Shown: positions 53,201-64,000 of the stretch, piece by piece | How the letters are laid out: the number at the start of each line of letters is the position of its first letter | How positions within the stretch are numbered: position 1 is the first letter of the stretch | NCBI GenBank assembly: GCA_002633005.1 | Contig: NMRA01000116.1 | Span: 504,521 to 568,520 of the forward strand | Direction of reading: 5' to 3' | DNA length: 64,000 nucleotides | Source of the DNA: Phoronis australis | Lineage: Eukaryota; Animalia; Phoronida | Program-made: the position numbers and the translations under genes | Notes under the pieces: model-generated | Database searches by the model: none | What the model was told of the DNA's origin: nothing | The model's input: the letters and a program-made list of their open reading frames with translations, nothing else

Positions 53201-56200
53201 AATAAAAGACCATAGCTTCACAGAAGTTATAAAAAGTGAACATATTTTTCAAAGTTTTACAAATGGATCTGAAAATGTTGCCGCCTGTCATGAAAGCTAC
53301 CAAACAAAGACCGTATACTATTGATGGTGCTGTAGACACAAAAATGTTTCGAGCAACGGAGAAAAAGTGGCTTTAGCTATCAGAAATTGAGGATTGTTAA
53401 GTCAACAGAAGCAAGAGAGGATGTCGTGTCAAAAGTCCATTTCTAATATTGGAAAAGGCTGATACAAAATTTCCCAAGTACTGCTGAGACGTGGGTAGTA
53501 CTAGGCCACCCACAAGCCAAAATACTGAAGCTGTCACCACTAACTGACATAATAGTATTCCACAGCATGTTATGAAGTTCTAGTATTTCACAAATGTTCT
53601 GAAGCTATAGGACAAGGTGTTGTTGTAACAGTCAAAGGGTGTCTGAGCCTGGCTGTTTAAAATGTCTTAATGTTCACAGATGCTTTGAAGCTATAGGAGT
53701 TGTCACAGTGAAAGATGGCTGAGCGTACCCTTCTTGTATTAAGGAAAAGTGGTCAAACAACAATGGAGGTATACATACCGTTTCAGCCATGATGTTCAAG
53801 AACATACTGAAGGCCTGGTTTGTCACAGCTTGGATACACTGCCACATACCTGCAAATAACACTCATTGTAAATTATGGTAAGTTACCAAAAACCTGCACA
53901 TCACTCATTGTAAATTATGGTAAGTTACCAAAAACCTGCACATCACTCATTGTAAATTATGGTAAGTTACAAAAACCTGCACATCACTCATTGTAAATTA
54001 TGGTAAGTTACCAAAAACCTGCAAATAACACTCATTGTAAATTACGGTAAGTTACCAAAAACCTGCACATCACTCATTGTAAATTATGGTAAGTTACCAA
54101 AAACCTGCACATCACTCATTGTAAATTACGGTAAGTTACCAAAAACCTGCACATCACTCATTGTAAGTATGGATACACTGAAATGAAGCTGCAAACATCA
54201 CTCAGCGTAAATAATGGTAAATTGCCACATCCCTGCACATCACTCATTGTAAATATAAATACACTGAAATATATCTGCAAATACCACTCAGAGTAAATAA
54301 TCATATGGTACATTGCCATATACCTGTACATATCACTCAGCGTAAATACAGACGCACTGCCACATGCCTGTATGGATACACTGCCAATCATGATTAATAG
54401 TAACAAATAATGGGCCCACATATAAACATACAGGCACATAAAAAGAACATAGAACAATGTCCAGACTACTGCACCATGTACCTGCTTTGTCCTTGTAGAT
54501 TGCGTTGTCTTGGAGATAGAGGAACAGATTCTGAACGGCTGAATGGTCATCAGAATGGGTCACTCTGAAATAAAGACATGGAACTGTGCTCTGACAAACG
54601 GCAACCACAGGTGTAGAGACGATTGTATGCAATTGAATGACTTAAAAAATTAATTTGATTTTTATCAATCTATCAATCACGAAGTGGTGAGTCATAGAAA
54701 TTTCTGACTCCTGGACCAAGGCTAGTTTCAAAGACAAACACCCGGTGGGAATAACATTTTTTTGCAAATTCAACTAACTCAACATACGGTAGACATTACA
54801 TAAGCACTAGGATGCTATCTACTGAAAAATCTTTGTTAAACAGTGTTTATTTTATTCTTTGTAAACTTCATAAATTGATTATTGGACTGCTTACCTGAGT
54901 GTTTCTAGTCTGTAGACGGAATGTAAGTAGATACACTGACCAAAGTTAAGTTTGTAGACGAGTGCAGTGACATCTGGTGGGTGGCCAAGTAAACTACACA
55001 TGTGTTGTCTCAACTCATTCAATTCAGCCTGTAAAATTAGAATAAAAAAGAAATCATGCAACTAAACAAAACACACAGAACTATAAACTATTCTGCAGAT
55101 AGATGTTTGACTGCTGATAGCCTAAGTGTTGTTGACGGGTATCATAAGGGTCTCTCAGATGGGTTGATCATTGAGCCATCTTTTTTCCCAACTTGGCTGA
55201 ATTTACTCAAAAGTAAATGTTTACATCAAATGGCTCTACTGACAAGAGTACAGAAGCAACAAAAGTAATATCATAATTGTAAACAACACAAAAGACGGTT
55301 GAAACTCTTGAACACAATACATTACCGTAGCAACTGTGTCGTTCCTCATAGCTGAGTTGTACTGAAGTTCAGAGCGAAGGTGTTCCCGTGAAATCAAAAG
55401 AGGTGACTTGGTAGATATCTCACAGACACTCTCATACCACTCAGAAGGCCAAAGGCCTGAAAACGAGGAATAGAAATTCAGCTTATAACATCACAAATCG
55501 TCTTTGATGCATAATTTGCAAACAGTGCATAACGTGAGAAACAGCCAATTTAATTATACAAGCCTTAGGGTGGACTTAAGTGAGCCCACTTTATTGTGGC
55601 CAGAGAGATCTACACACTTATCATAGACATTATTATTCCTCAATGTTTACTGTATGTGATGCTAGCCACATGGATATGTTCTGCACTAACTGAGTCTTCA
55701 TTGTGCACCAGTTCTGTGACAACAGTAGACAGCGAATACTAACCAGACTCCTCCATCGCAAAACCCATGACGACGCAGTAGAACCAGAAATCGCGGAACA
55801 ACTTGTGCAATCTTGGCTTGGGGTCTTGAACTGGGGGCATGCGGCGAACAAGCTGAAATTAAGTTGTACGGCATGTTCAACACGTTAAGTAGTGTTAAAC
55901 CAGCAAATACCACCTTGGATATAGCGATTCAACACTTGCTAATTGTTTCTGTTCTTGGTCAAATCAAATATTTGTAATGTGTGTTTGACCTTGCACATCA
56001 TTTTTGCAAAAATAACAAATCTCCAAAACATTAATGAGCTGAGGTTGGTAGACAGACAGAGTTCGTGGTTTGAGCGGAGTGTCAAAGAGGGTTAGTAGGT
56101 GAAATTCCAAAATAGCTCTTTGAATAGACACAGCAGATTAAGATTTAAATTGTCTGATTCATGGCCCAGGGCGCTGATCGTCCAGGTAAACTGTCAGAGG

Positions 56201-59200
56201 GCGACGCAAATTTTAGCAAGAAACAATCAGGTGTCAATCCCCAGAAGGACAAAGGTGGCTCCGCAACATTGGAAAAATAATTATAAGCTATTGTCCAAAC
56301 GTATTGATTCGTAATTTACACATTTTGCAACTGTGTTAACTTTCTGCCTGTTGTGTACCTTGCATTCTAATGTAAAATGAATATTTCACTTATTTGCTGC
56401 TTCCTTCTAACCTATTTACCTACACACCTATAAAACATTTTTCATAATAAAATCGTGAGATAAAACAAGTCATATCCCCATTTTACAACCATGGTTAGTT
56501 TGAAATTTAAAGTATTCATTACTACCAATTGTAAGTAAAAAATGAAAGATATGACAAGACTCACTAGAGCAATGACAGGGATAAGAACACCCAAGTTGCC
56601 TGCACAACTGGACGACTTGAGAGAGGTTGGTGCTTTATCCGCGGCCCGTTTACCCTCGAGGCCTAGCTGAACAAACAGTTCAAGAAGACGCATCAAGAGG
56701 TCGTTGAGATCGGCTTCACCTTTAACACTGGTTGCAATGTTAGCAAAAGCGTTCAGCACGGCCCAGGAGACGTGTCTGTAAAGAAATGCCATAAATCAAC
56801 ATGACCAAGAACATAAATCTGAAAAGATAATGAAAATTCAACTAACCTAAGGTGTGTCTAAAGAACATTTAAGAGATATTTAGTAAACACAGAATTGTAT
56901 AGACGAAAACAAAAAATGACCCTAGTCACAGAGATATGCTTGAAAAAAAAAACTCAGAAGATATCGCAAGAGAAAAAGATTAGCCCCTTAATGACTACAC
57001 AACCTAGCGTAGATACAGTACACAATACAATACAATACATCCAAACCACAGTCCTTAACCTCCAGTAGCACAGGCCATTCAGGGACGGACAGGGAGGGAG
57101 GACTTTGATATCTTTTCTGAGAGCTTAGACATAATTGGATGACACTATACTGCAGTTTCTCGTATAAAACCCTTTACCTGTATCTGTGAGAGCTATTGTC
57201 TGTAGTGTATGCAGCCTGACTGCTCTCCACGCTGATTCGCAGAAACATGGACATCACTTCAGAGTAGATACTGGGCTACAACAAACACGTAATGTGTAAA
57301 GAACATGGGTTATTGTACAGCTCATTACAATGAGCAGTCCCCTATTATTTAGAACAACTACGTGGGAATGGAGGAATATTGAACATAATGAAGTAAAAAT
57401 AGCCTCTGTAATACACTCTAAAGAAATTGAACTCTCGTTTGTATTGACTTATGAAGATAAAACCTGCCACATTAAATCTAGTGTATACAGTTATTGTATT
57501 ACTCTTTAGAGCTCCGTGATATAATGCAAAAAATATTTTCGAGGGTGTGCTTATATTTAATTCTTGAACTTTTTACATGACAACAGTTCTCACTATTTTT
57601 TTGTACTGTTTCCAAATTTATTTAGTTTGTATTTGCAGAAAGTTCAACAAAAATAACGTGCAAAAGAAAATACCAATAACTCAACAGGTCCAAACGTGAG
57701 AAGTAATTATTACGCTTACATATCAAGAAATATTAAGTGCCTTACACAGCCAGATATGATCATACAGCCGAGCTGGTCGACTATGAGCACATCCAGTTGA
57801 GAGGGTGGAGAACAGAACTTCTGCTGGAATATCTGTAGCACTGATTCGACAGTCTTGGGGGTGTGACGCAGAGACACAGCCACATGCCCCAGGGTCAGGA
57901 TGGCGTTGGTCAGGGTCAGGGTCTCAGTTCTACAATAAACAAAATACACCCGAGGGAGTCCAACCAGGCAAAGACTACTTTGGCATTATAAACTAACAAG
58001 TTTTTGAAAAAATTAAAACAATGATACATATAATATATAATTATATAGAAATTCTACAAAAATTGAAATTTACTAAAAAATAAACAAACCATTATCATGA
58101 TTTGACCTGATAGTTATTAACAAGCATCCATTTGCCCATGACCAAAGAAACCTAAAGACGAATAAATATTATTTGAATACACAGGAAAATAAAAACAAAG
58201 TCGGAGAGATACAGAAAGAGCATAGCTACGATAAACACTCAGGTTAACGCCTACGATCACATAAGCACACACAATCTATTTCTTAAAATTCTTGGCCTTA
58301 AGCCTCCGCTGCTCGGTTGAGCGACCAATCTGTACTTTTAACAATGTGCCCACTGCTTGAACTAGTGCCCAGCCATAATTTGACTCATGGAATTGATTTT
58401 CAGAACAGTAAGGTGCACTTTCAAATGCAGAAACCAGATCAAGTTCAAGTTGCAGTGTAGTAGGGTCTGCAGATTTCAATTTCAAAGGTCATACATGGCT
58501 AGGGTGACTGTTGAGCACAGGTTATGAGCCCATGACCAGGTAAGCATCCACCCCCAATTTCTTGAATATTCCAATTTAAGCGCCTGTTTCTGGATTAACC
58601 AACCAACCCCTGAAATCGAGGTTCGCCAATTTAAGTGCCTGGGGGCATTAACCCGAACATTTACGGTATTTTAAATGTATCTTTCATTTCCTAAGCTTAT
58701 CCATCTACATAGCGTTAAAACACCTTATCCCAAGTGAATAATTGTATCATACAAATCATACAGAATGCAAGAGTGTATATTTGCCACAAATGACAACATC
58801 TATGACTACAATAAAACTTACGAATCCCCAGTCTTGGTCATGTACAGTCTATTGGACATAGAGGCCAGGAAGGCCTGGACACAGTCTTCATCCACCTTCA
58901 GTCCAGCTCTCAGAGCTCTAGAGAACAGAACATTGTGCATAGGAACCAGATATTAAAGTACCTGAGTTCAGCAATACACTAAATGTGTCATAGTCAATTC
59001 TAACATTGAAAACAACTATATCATTCATATGTAATCTTTCATAAAGCAGTAATAACTGAAAGCACTGGTCCTTCAACTGCAATTAGAGCAAGAGGTTCCC
59101 GAGATAAAAATTCAAATTACAGTTACCTGAATAACATTTCGTGTATTTATATTTCGTTTGTACATCAGTGAAAATTTGAACAAACTGTGCAGGTATGTGA

Positions 59201-62200
59201 CTGGTTCTCAGAGTCCTAAATTAACTAGCTTCAGCCACACTGTGCATTCTTTCAAGCCAGACTAATCCTACCTGCACAGATTTTTAATGGCAGTATCCCT
59301 TATCTCCTCAAATCCAGCCACTATTTTATTCTTCATCTTAGACTGCCCACAGGTGGCACCGTCATCATTAACACTGATCCCGATGTTCCCCATTCGCTTC
59401 TCTGGTGTACTGTGTTTATTAAGCTGTGACAGTAGAGGTGACGGGTGCATGAGAAAGTCACGCAGCGCCACCACCATCGTGTTGGAGCTTGTTGGAAACT
59501 TTTCAGCCAGTCGACCCAGCACCTAGGGCAGAGAAAGAGAGCTACACTCTGGAGTGTACCTTGGATCATACGACGGTACACGATCATATAAACTGTACCA
59601 TAGTACATAACCAACACTAAATTAAAATTATAGTAGATTATGTCCTATTTTGTCAATAAGCCAAGCAAAATAGAGATATCTTTTGAAAGTTTGAGTGACT
59701 CCTTGACAAAATGCTATAAGCGTTTTTATTAGTTGCACTTAAACATTCAATAAATGGGCACTGCAGATAGAATAGGTAAAGCTCACAAAATGCTAAATAA
59801 ACTAGTAAGTTCACGCAATGGATGGCTTGACATTGACTAAGTTATGCTAAGAACAGGCCATCTTTAAATCACATGATTAACTGTAGAAAAGGTTAACTAT
59901 ATATCACATGATTAACTAGGGAATGTTCACCAGTATGGTGATGTTCATTTGATGAAGGTGTCACATAGTCTGTATTCATGTGATTCTATAGGTAGGACAG
60001 TTGCTTCACGAGCGCCACCTAGTGAAGTTTCTCATCACATACTCACCTCTAAGCACACAAGGATCAACGGCTGTTGAGCCATCACAGCTCGATAGTCATG
60101 CTTGTGTGAATGTAGCTTGTCAGAGATTCTACTCAGGAGCAAATGCTCTGCCTCTGTAAGTACATAAAAGGACAGCTACGTTTGGTAGAAATCTTGACAA
60201 CTTCAAAATATTTTGTAACTAAAACACGGAAAAATGAAACGCTATCTGAGAAAGGGGATTAGTTTGTAAAAAGGAATGTAATTACCTCGTTCATCGCGAA
60301 CAGCCCACATCAACAGCTCAACACAGACAGCACTGATAGCCACGTGAACGACAAGGAAAGAATTGTGCTTTACACTGTTACAACTAGTTAGTTCATCCTG
60401 GCACTTGCGATATATCAGACGTACAAACTCTTGAACCTCTTTAGTGAAGCTCAATGGAAGATCTGAAATGAGACTACAGCAGTGGACAAGGAAAATATGA
60501 ACTCTACACGCCAGTCTGACTTCCTTACAATGAATTCACATTCTAAGAGTAATCACATAAAAGGTTTTGTATATCTGAAATTGCCAGTAGAGTATTATCT
60601 TAAAAAACTTCTAATCTGATAAAAGGCCACATTACAGTAAAAATTTTCTTAATTTTGGGACATACAAACTCACGCAAAAATTAAATTTCCTCGATTCTGG
60701 ACAAGGGCGACTTTGGCATTCACCATATTTGTAAAAGTTCGGACAATGTGTTTTCAATTTATAGAATGTGTAATTTTGCAGTCTTTCTGGTGATTCTTCA
60801 ACTTGCAACGGCCAATACTGTCTACTTCTAAAATTTGGGACAAGCTCCAACTTTGAGCAAACTAATTTAATAATTTTGCACTCTACCAAAGTGGAGTTTT
60901 TACTGTGGACGAGTTAGCGTTCTTAATTTACAAGTCAGAAAGTAAATTACATTATGGACCGTGACAAGTCAAGGCTGCCTAATGAATCTTAACAACCGCA
61001 CCTTTGTGGTGATACAATAAATCCCGCAAAAGTGTCATCAACACCAATGTCAGTGTGTCCCCGAATGTCTTGTACGGAAATCGTCTCTGGACATTCTGAA
61101 ACAAACAAGCAGCCAATTCAGGGATATCTCGACAACAACCATCACGATTACTTCCTCAAAAAGCTTAACTCGATCAAGCTTGGGCACACCTAGTGATGAG
61201 TCACTTTTTTACTTTACTTTCCAGCCTGCGGTATTCTTGAGTAATATTGGTCAAGCTTGAAGAATTTTCCAACCTTGAACCCTTCTAGTTTGTTTGAATA
61301 GTGTTTGCCAACGTCTCTAATTCACACAGACTTGAACTGTGGCTAAATATTTTAAAATAGTCACGTTTAAGACAAAAAGCATGCAAAGTGAACACAAATA
61401 TCGACCAGAAGCAGAAATGCCATTTTCCTTACCCCAACAATACCAGCACAAAATCCATCTAATACGTCCAGAAGATCTTTATTCAACATTTTCTTAGCCT
61501 ACAACAAAAAACAAATTAAAACTTTTGAAAATGCTGTCACATTATCTCACAGAATAAAAACTGCAGATTTCTCATTGGCCTGAGTACACGATAATAAGTT
61601 ACCGCTTGGTTAAAACTGAGAACCAGTTTGTTGCATCTCATTCAATGGAAAAAACTGGTTCTCAAAATGTGAGACCCCTGTAGGTGACTACTGTCACAAG
61701 ACTAATAAAACAACCTTAGGAAACACTAACCTGAGCAAGCACAATTTGTAGCTGGGGCCTCGTCAGACTGATTCGATGTGATGTCCTACTTTTCTTGATA
61801 CTTAGAAAACTAGACGCAGTCTTATTGAAGTAGAAAAACGACCTTTCCTCTTCCAACTCTTCAGTGGTGTTAGTCAGCGATTCGTGTCGAGCAATAGGCA
61901 CTGGTGATATTGAACGTTCACGTCGTCTTGTTTGCGACACCAAATCACTATCTTCATCCGGTACAAAATCGTCAATAACCAATTTGGGGAGGATCGGTCG
62001 AAAGTTGGAAAATGATTTCTTGGTTGCTTCAGAAATGGTCTTACTGGTTGGATGATGGTCAACTAACACAGGGAAGAGATGACATAACAGGGGGGTGCCA
62101 TCGTGCGAAGACCGTCCGAGTGACCTTGACATTCCCAGAAGCACAGGAATGATTGATGTACACAAGACATCTGTAAAAATTTAAAAACACTCATCTAAAG

Positions 62201-63898
62201 AAGTCAAAAACACCAAGTGAGAGACAGGGAATTTTGTTATATTTAACAACAAAATACTTTTGCATGAAAAGGTCTGCTTACAAATCAACAGCAAATCTAT
62301 CAGCTTACGAAAGACCTAATTTGTTACCACTGCTTCAGGATGTCAAACAATATTAATTACAAACAATTGAAACTACTGCATTCATTAATACAGTAATTAC
62401 CAGACTGGAAATTCTAAGAAACAAGTGCAACTTTCAATTTCATGTAGAAACAAAAAGACCAACAAAAAAAACTTACTACCAAAAAAGAAAACTAAACATA
62501 TTTTACCTTTTTGTCAGTATCTGTTAGTATTTAGGACTGATGAAAAACTGAATACAACTACAACTTATAGAAAAGTCAATGGTGAATATGATGGGGTTTT
62601 AGTAAAGGCTAATCAAATTAAGTGATTTGAGTTAGATATGGACTGAGGAATTTGTGCACAAAAGCGATACTGTCAAAAGGATAAGTTGCTACAAACTTGT
62701 CCTCTCAGCGACTTACATAATCTCCTGGCAACCACCTGTCCCTCTCCATTATCTGAATTAAACTACACAAGTCAAAACCAAAGCTGACTAACATTATTTA
62801 ACATACAACAACACAGAGTAATTTAAGAACAAGAACAAAAAAACCCCAACATTTGCGTCTAAAGAAGGAAACGTAACTCCGTGTAAATTAGTCGCTGAAG
62901 AGCCATTATAGATTGAATAGGGAAAGTAGTGTAAGGCATCATATAAGTCAGCATAATTAAACCATTCAAATTAAAAAATGTCTTATTATAACAAATGACC
63001 CTTATTCACTGGAGTCTGCAAGGTGTAATGATAAAGTACGTGTTTCAAAGACGTACCTTTAGTTTCCTTAGTTTTGTCTGTGCAGCCTTGACACAGGGTA
63101 CACAGATTTTGGAAAACATCCAACTGAGTGGCCACAATCTAGAAGACAAGGAAGTTCAGATTTCAAAGAAATCTCAAAAAAGGAAGCTCAGTAATACAGC
63201 GCTCACATTTGGAATTGCTACGAGAAGGCAGATTGAAAATCTGAGGCCTACTCCAAATCAATTTTGGCATTTTTCTATTTCTGCTTCACTATATTCGTAC
63301 AACAAATTCAATTATCAAAACTGACTAGTGCTGCGCATATCCATACCTCATCCCCAACTTTCAGCAAAATTCTTGAAGTCATTTCCCCAAGAATTAACGT
63401 CAAGAATTTCTTGTTAGAAAGAGGAACGACCGAAGAGGATGTCACGGTAGCCACTCAGTCCCAAAACTCATATCACTGTGACAATTTCAACAATTCTGAC
63501 GTTTTAAGGTATTTAATTAAGATTTTTCAGCCATCTTGGATGTAGAAATCTATACTTTTATATGGCTTGAAAACGAACATTTTTGAAACTTCATTTGATA
63601 AAATGTAAAAGGAGGACAGTAACAAAAAACACTTTGGTATCTCTACAGAAGTACAGTGTTTAAAAGATCAAATCTAGATAGCTGAGAATTCTCAAAGGAA
63701 AAACACACCTCTTGCAATGGATACACAGAGCTGCTGAATGTTTCCAAAAACAGTTTAATGCACTACGTACAGCAAACTTTCACTGCTGTTGGTTAAGAAC
63801 AAGGAGACTTACTGTTTCTTGGTGCTTTGGATACTTGTGAGCAATGTCACAGAGCAATGTATTCAAGGAGAAGCTGAAACACTCAGACACAGGCAACT
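32068..63898 (-). CDS. PI4KA: Phosphatidylinositol 4-kinase III alpha (5'-partial, 42 coding exons in window)
   Basis: All 42 exons have AG/GT boundaries and join in frame (5903 nt). Hallmarks: [28 protein letters not shown] (PIK helical), [46 protein letters not shown]-terminal YQNEIPY*. Confidence 0.97.
32753..32912 (-). CDS. PI4KA: PI4KA exon (DFG, activation loop)
   Basis: [31 protein letters not shown]...GYLAV. Confidence 0.96.
33398..33518 (-). CDS. PI4KA: PI4KA exon (catalytic loop)
   Basis: [40 protein letters not shown]. Confidence 0.96.
34222..34347 (-). CDS. PI4KA: PI4KA exon (kinase domain)
   Basis: [42 protein letters not shown]. Confidence 0.95.
34605..34709 (-). CDS. PI4KA: PI4KA exon (kinase domain)
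   Basis: [35 protein letters not shown]; acceptor duplicated (see findings). Confidence 0.92.
35562..35733 (-). CDS. PI4KA: PI4KA exon (kinase domain start)
   Basis: [21 protein letters not shown]...[14 protein letters not shown]. Confidence 0.95.
36110..36253 (-). CDS. PI4KA: PI4KA exon
   Basis: [17 protein letters not shown]...[10 protein letters not shown]...SGVPMQ. Confidence 0.95.
36324..37001. mobile_element. Possible Kolobok-like MITE
   Basis: TTAA|ggcacgga ... tccgtgcc|TTTA; only 8-bp TIR. Confidence 0.4.
37177..37258. repeat. 18-bp minisatellite (~4.5 copies)
   Basis: (agaacacaaaacacccac)n. Confidence 0.9.
37358..37487 (-). CDS. PI4KA: PI4KA exon
   Basis: [42 protein letters not shown]. 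Confidence 0.94.
38014..38134 (-). CDS. PI4KA: PI4KA exon
   Basis: [40 protein letters not shown]. Confidence 0.94.
39285..39338 (-). CDS. PI4KA: PI4KA exon
   Basis: [18 protein letters not shown]. Confidence 0.94.
39703..39828 (-). CDS. PI4KA: PI4KA exon
   Basis: [42 protein letters not shown]. Confidence 0.94.
40586..40718 (-). CDS. PI4KA: PI4KA exon
   Basis: [29 protein letters not shown]...EADAPE. Confidence 0.93.
41065..41246 (-). CDS. PI4KA: PI4KA exon
   Basis: [14 protein letters not shown]...[15 protein letters not shown]. Confidence 0.92.
41786..41868 (-). CDS. PI4KA: PI4KA exon
   Basis: [27 protein letters not shown]. Confidence 0.9.
42267..42434 (-). CDS. PI4KA: PI4KA exon
   Basis: [11 protein letters not shown]...[21 protein letters not shown]. 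Confidence 0.87.
43662..43975 (-). mobile_element. Penelope-like retroelement fragment (GIY-YIG C-terminus, hammerhead relic, inverted tail)
   Basis: Minus strand, frameshifted [38 protein letters not shown]; then ctgaag-gtccg..cggac-gaaac; 44-bp inverted repeat at both ends. Confidence 0.75.
44476..45542. mobile_element. Degenerate Tc1/mariner-like non-autonomous element
   Basis: Left taccgtattccccctaacaagcgcc; right gcgcttattaaggcgaatggggca is a diverged inverse; related taagcgcc/tttacggta motifs at 58575-58668. Confidence 0.45.
47699..47826 (-). CDS. PI4KA: PI4KA exon
   Basis: [42 protein letters not shown]. Confidence 0.92.
48095..48202 (-). CDS. PI4KA: PI4KA exon
   Basis: [35 protein letters not shown]. 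Confidence 0.92.
48664..48815 (-). CDS. PI4KA: PI4KA exon
   Basis: [20 protein letters not shown]...[12 protein letters not shown]. Confidence 0.92.
49569..49727 (-). CDS. PI4KA: PI4KA exon
   Basis: [21 protein letters not shown]...VGPHHIWSK. Confidence 0.92.
49931..50058 (-). CDS. PI4KA: PI4KA exon
   Basis: [42 protein letters not shown]. Confidence 0.93.
50839..51001 (-). CDS. PI4KA: PI4KA exon
   Basis: [10 protein letters not shown]...[20 protein letters not shown]. Confidence 0.87.
51193..51285 (-). CDS. PI4KA: PI4KA exon
   Basis: [31 protein letters not shown]. Confidence 0.85.
51501..51710 (-). CDS. PI4KA: PI4KA exon
   Basis: [29 protein letters not shown]...SQPLT. Confidence 0.92.
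52168..52333 (-). CDS. PI4KA: PI4KA exon
   Basis: [22 protein letters not shown]...DTMADRQ. Confidence 0.93.
52926..53050 (-). CDS. PI4KA: PI4KA exon
   Basis: [41 protein letters not shown]. Confidence 0.94.
53779..53849 (-). CDS. PI4KA: PI4KA exon
   Basis: [23 protein letters not shown]. Confidence 0.9.
53848..54385. repeat. ~42-bp minisatellite overlapping a PI4KA splice acceptor
   Basis: 8 near-perfect units acctgcacatcactcattgtaaattatggtaagttaccaaaa (53848-54165) followed by diverged units. Confidence 0.9.
54482..54564 (-). CDS. PI4KA: PI4KA exon
   Basis: [27 protein letters not shown]. Confidence 0.9.
54895..55028 (-). CDS. PI4KA: PI4KA exon
   Basis: [20 protein letters not shown]...SVYRLETL. 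Confidence 0.92.
55326..55456 (-). CDS. PI4KA: PI4KA exon
   Basis: [20 protein letters not shown]...[14 protein letters not shown]. Confidence 0.93.
55744..55852 (-). CDS. PI4KA: PI4KA exon
   Basis: [36 protein letters not shown]. Confidence 0.93.
56565..56775 (-). CDS. PI4KA: PI4KA exon
   Basis: [14 protein letters not shown]...[15 protein letters not shown]...[13 protein letters not shown]. Confidence 0.95.
57178..57275 (-). CDS. PI4KA: PI4KA exon
   Basis: [32 protein letters not shown]. Confidence 0.88.
57746..57929 (-). CDS. PI4KA: PI4KA exon
   Basis: [13 protein letters not shown]...[21 protein letters not shown]. Confidence 0.93.
58822..58917 (-). CDS. PI4KA: PI4KA exon
   Basis: [31 protein letters not shown]. 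Confidence 0.92.
59272..59522 (-). CDS. PI4KA: PI4KA exon
   Basis: [10 protein letters not shown]...[10 protein letters not shown]...[10 protein letters not shown]. Confidence 0.92.
60047..60153 (-). CDS. PI4KA: PI4KA exon
   Basis: [35 protein letters not shown]. Confidence 0.88.
60286..60462 (-). CDS. PI4KA: PI4KA exon
   Basis: [13 protein letters not shown]...[13 protein letters not shown]. Confidence 0.9.
60634..60905. mobile_element. Tc1/mariner(pogo)-like MITE
   Basis: ta|cagtaaaaa ... tttttactg ends; body shared with 6040-6200. Confidence 0.55.
61002..61095 (-). CDS. PI4KA: PI4KA exon
   Basis: [31 protein letters not shown]. Confidence 0.87.
61433..61498 (-). CDS. PI4KA: PI4KA exon
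   Basis: [22 protein letters not shown]. Confidence 0.82.
61731..62170 (-). CDS. PI4KA: PI4KA exon
   Basis: [19 protein letters not shown]...FSNFRPILP...IVLAQ. Confidence 0.9.
63057..63138 (-). CDS. PI4KA: PI4KA exon
   Basis: [27 protein letters not shown]. Confidence 0.82.
63813..63898 (-). CDS. PI4KA: PI4KA exon
   Basis: [28 protein letters not shown]. Confidence 0.88.
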
Positions 63899-64000
63899 CT
63901 AGAAAAAGAAACATAGGGTGCAGCTAACAACCTGTTTTACCCATTTAATGGTTTTCTTCTTAAGTTTCCACATAATGTTATTTTGATTGAGAAGTGAACT

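Noticed and set aside
54158-54632. 130-aa and 99-aa minus-strand ORFs
   Set aside because: Read-through of one PI4KA exon into the decayed minisatellite; not independent genes.
32068-63898. U12-type or non-canonical introns in PI4KA
   Set aside because: All 41 donors read as ordinary GT sites; none has the RTATCCT signature.

Overview
Eukaryotic (animal, most likely an invertebrate bilaterian; inferred from AT-richness, intron density and a MITE-rich repeat landscape) genomic window with three spliced protein-coding genes: (1) a ZDHHC5/ZDHHC8-type DHHC palmitoyltransferase on + (coding exon 1 not found, probably upstream; 7 coding exons 4811-19840) that contains a clear U12-type (minor spliceosome) GT-AG intron at 11186-11933; (2) a complete 3-exon ZMAT5 (U11/U12 snRNP 20K) on + (26182-29924); (3) PI4KA (PI 4-kinase III alpha) on -, 42 phase-consistent coding exons 63898->32068 (about 1966 codons; N-terminus beyond the window). 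Introns and UTRs carry many non-autonomous DNA-transposon (MITE/Helentron-like) copies, tRNA-derived SINE-like pieces and a Penelope-like fragment with a hammerhead-ribozyme relic. Two single-N joins (3913, 19483) duplicate flanking sequence and look like haplotype overlaps. The most unusual pattern is a recurrent set of tandem duplications/minisatellites centred exactly on splice junctions of PI4KA (and inside the ZDHHC minor intron), several of which create decoy splice sites that would give premature stops. Family assignments come from my recall of the human proteins; no database search was run.
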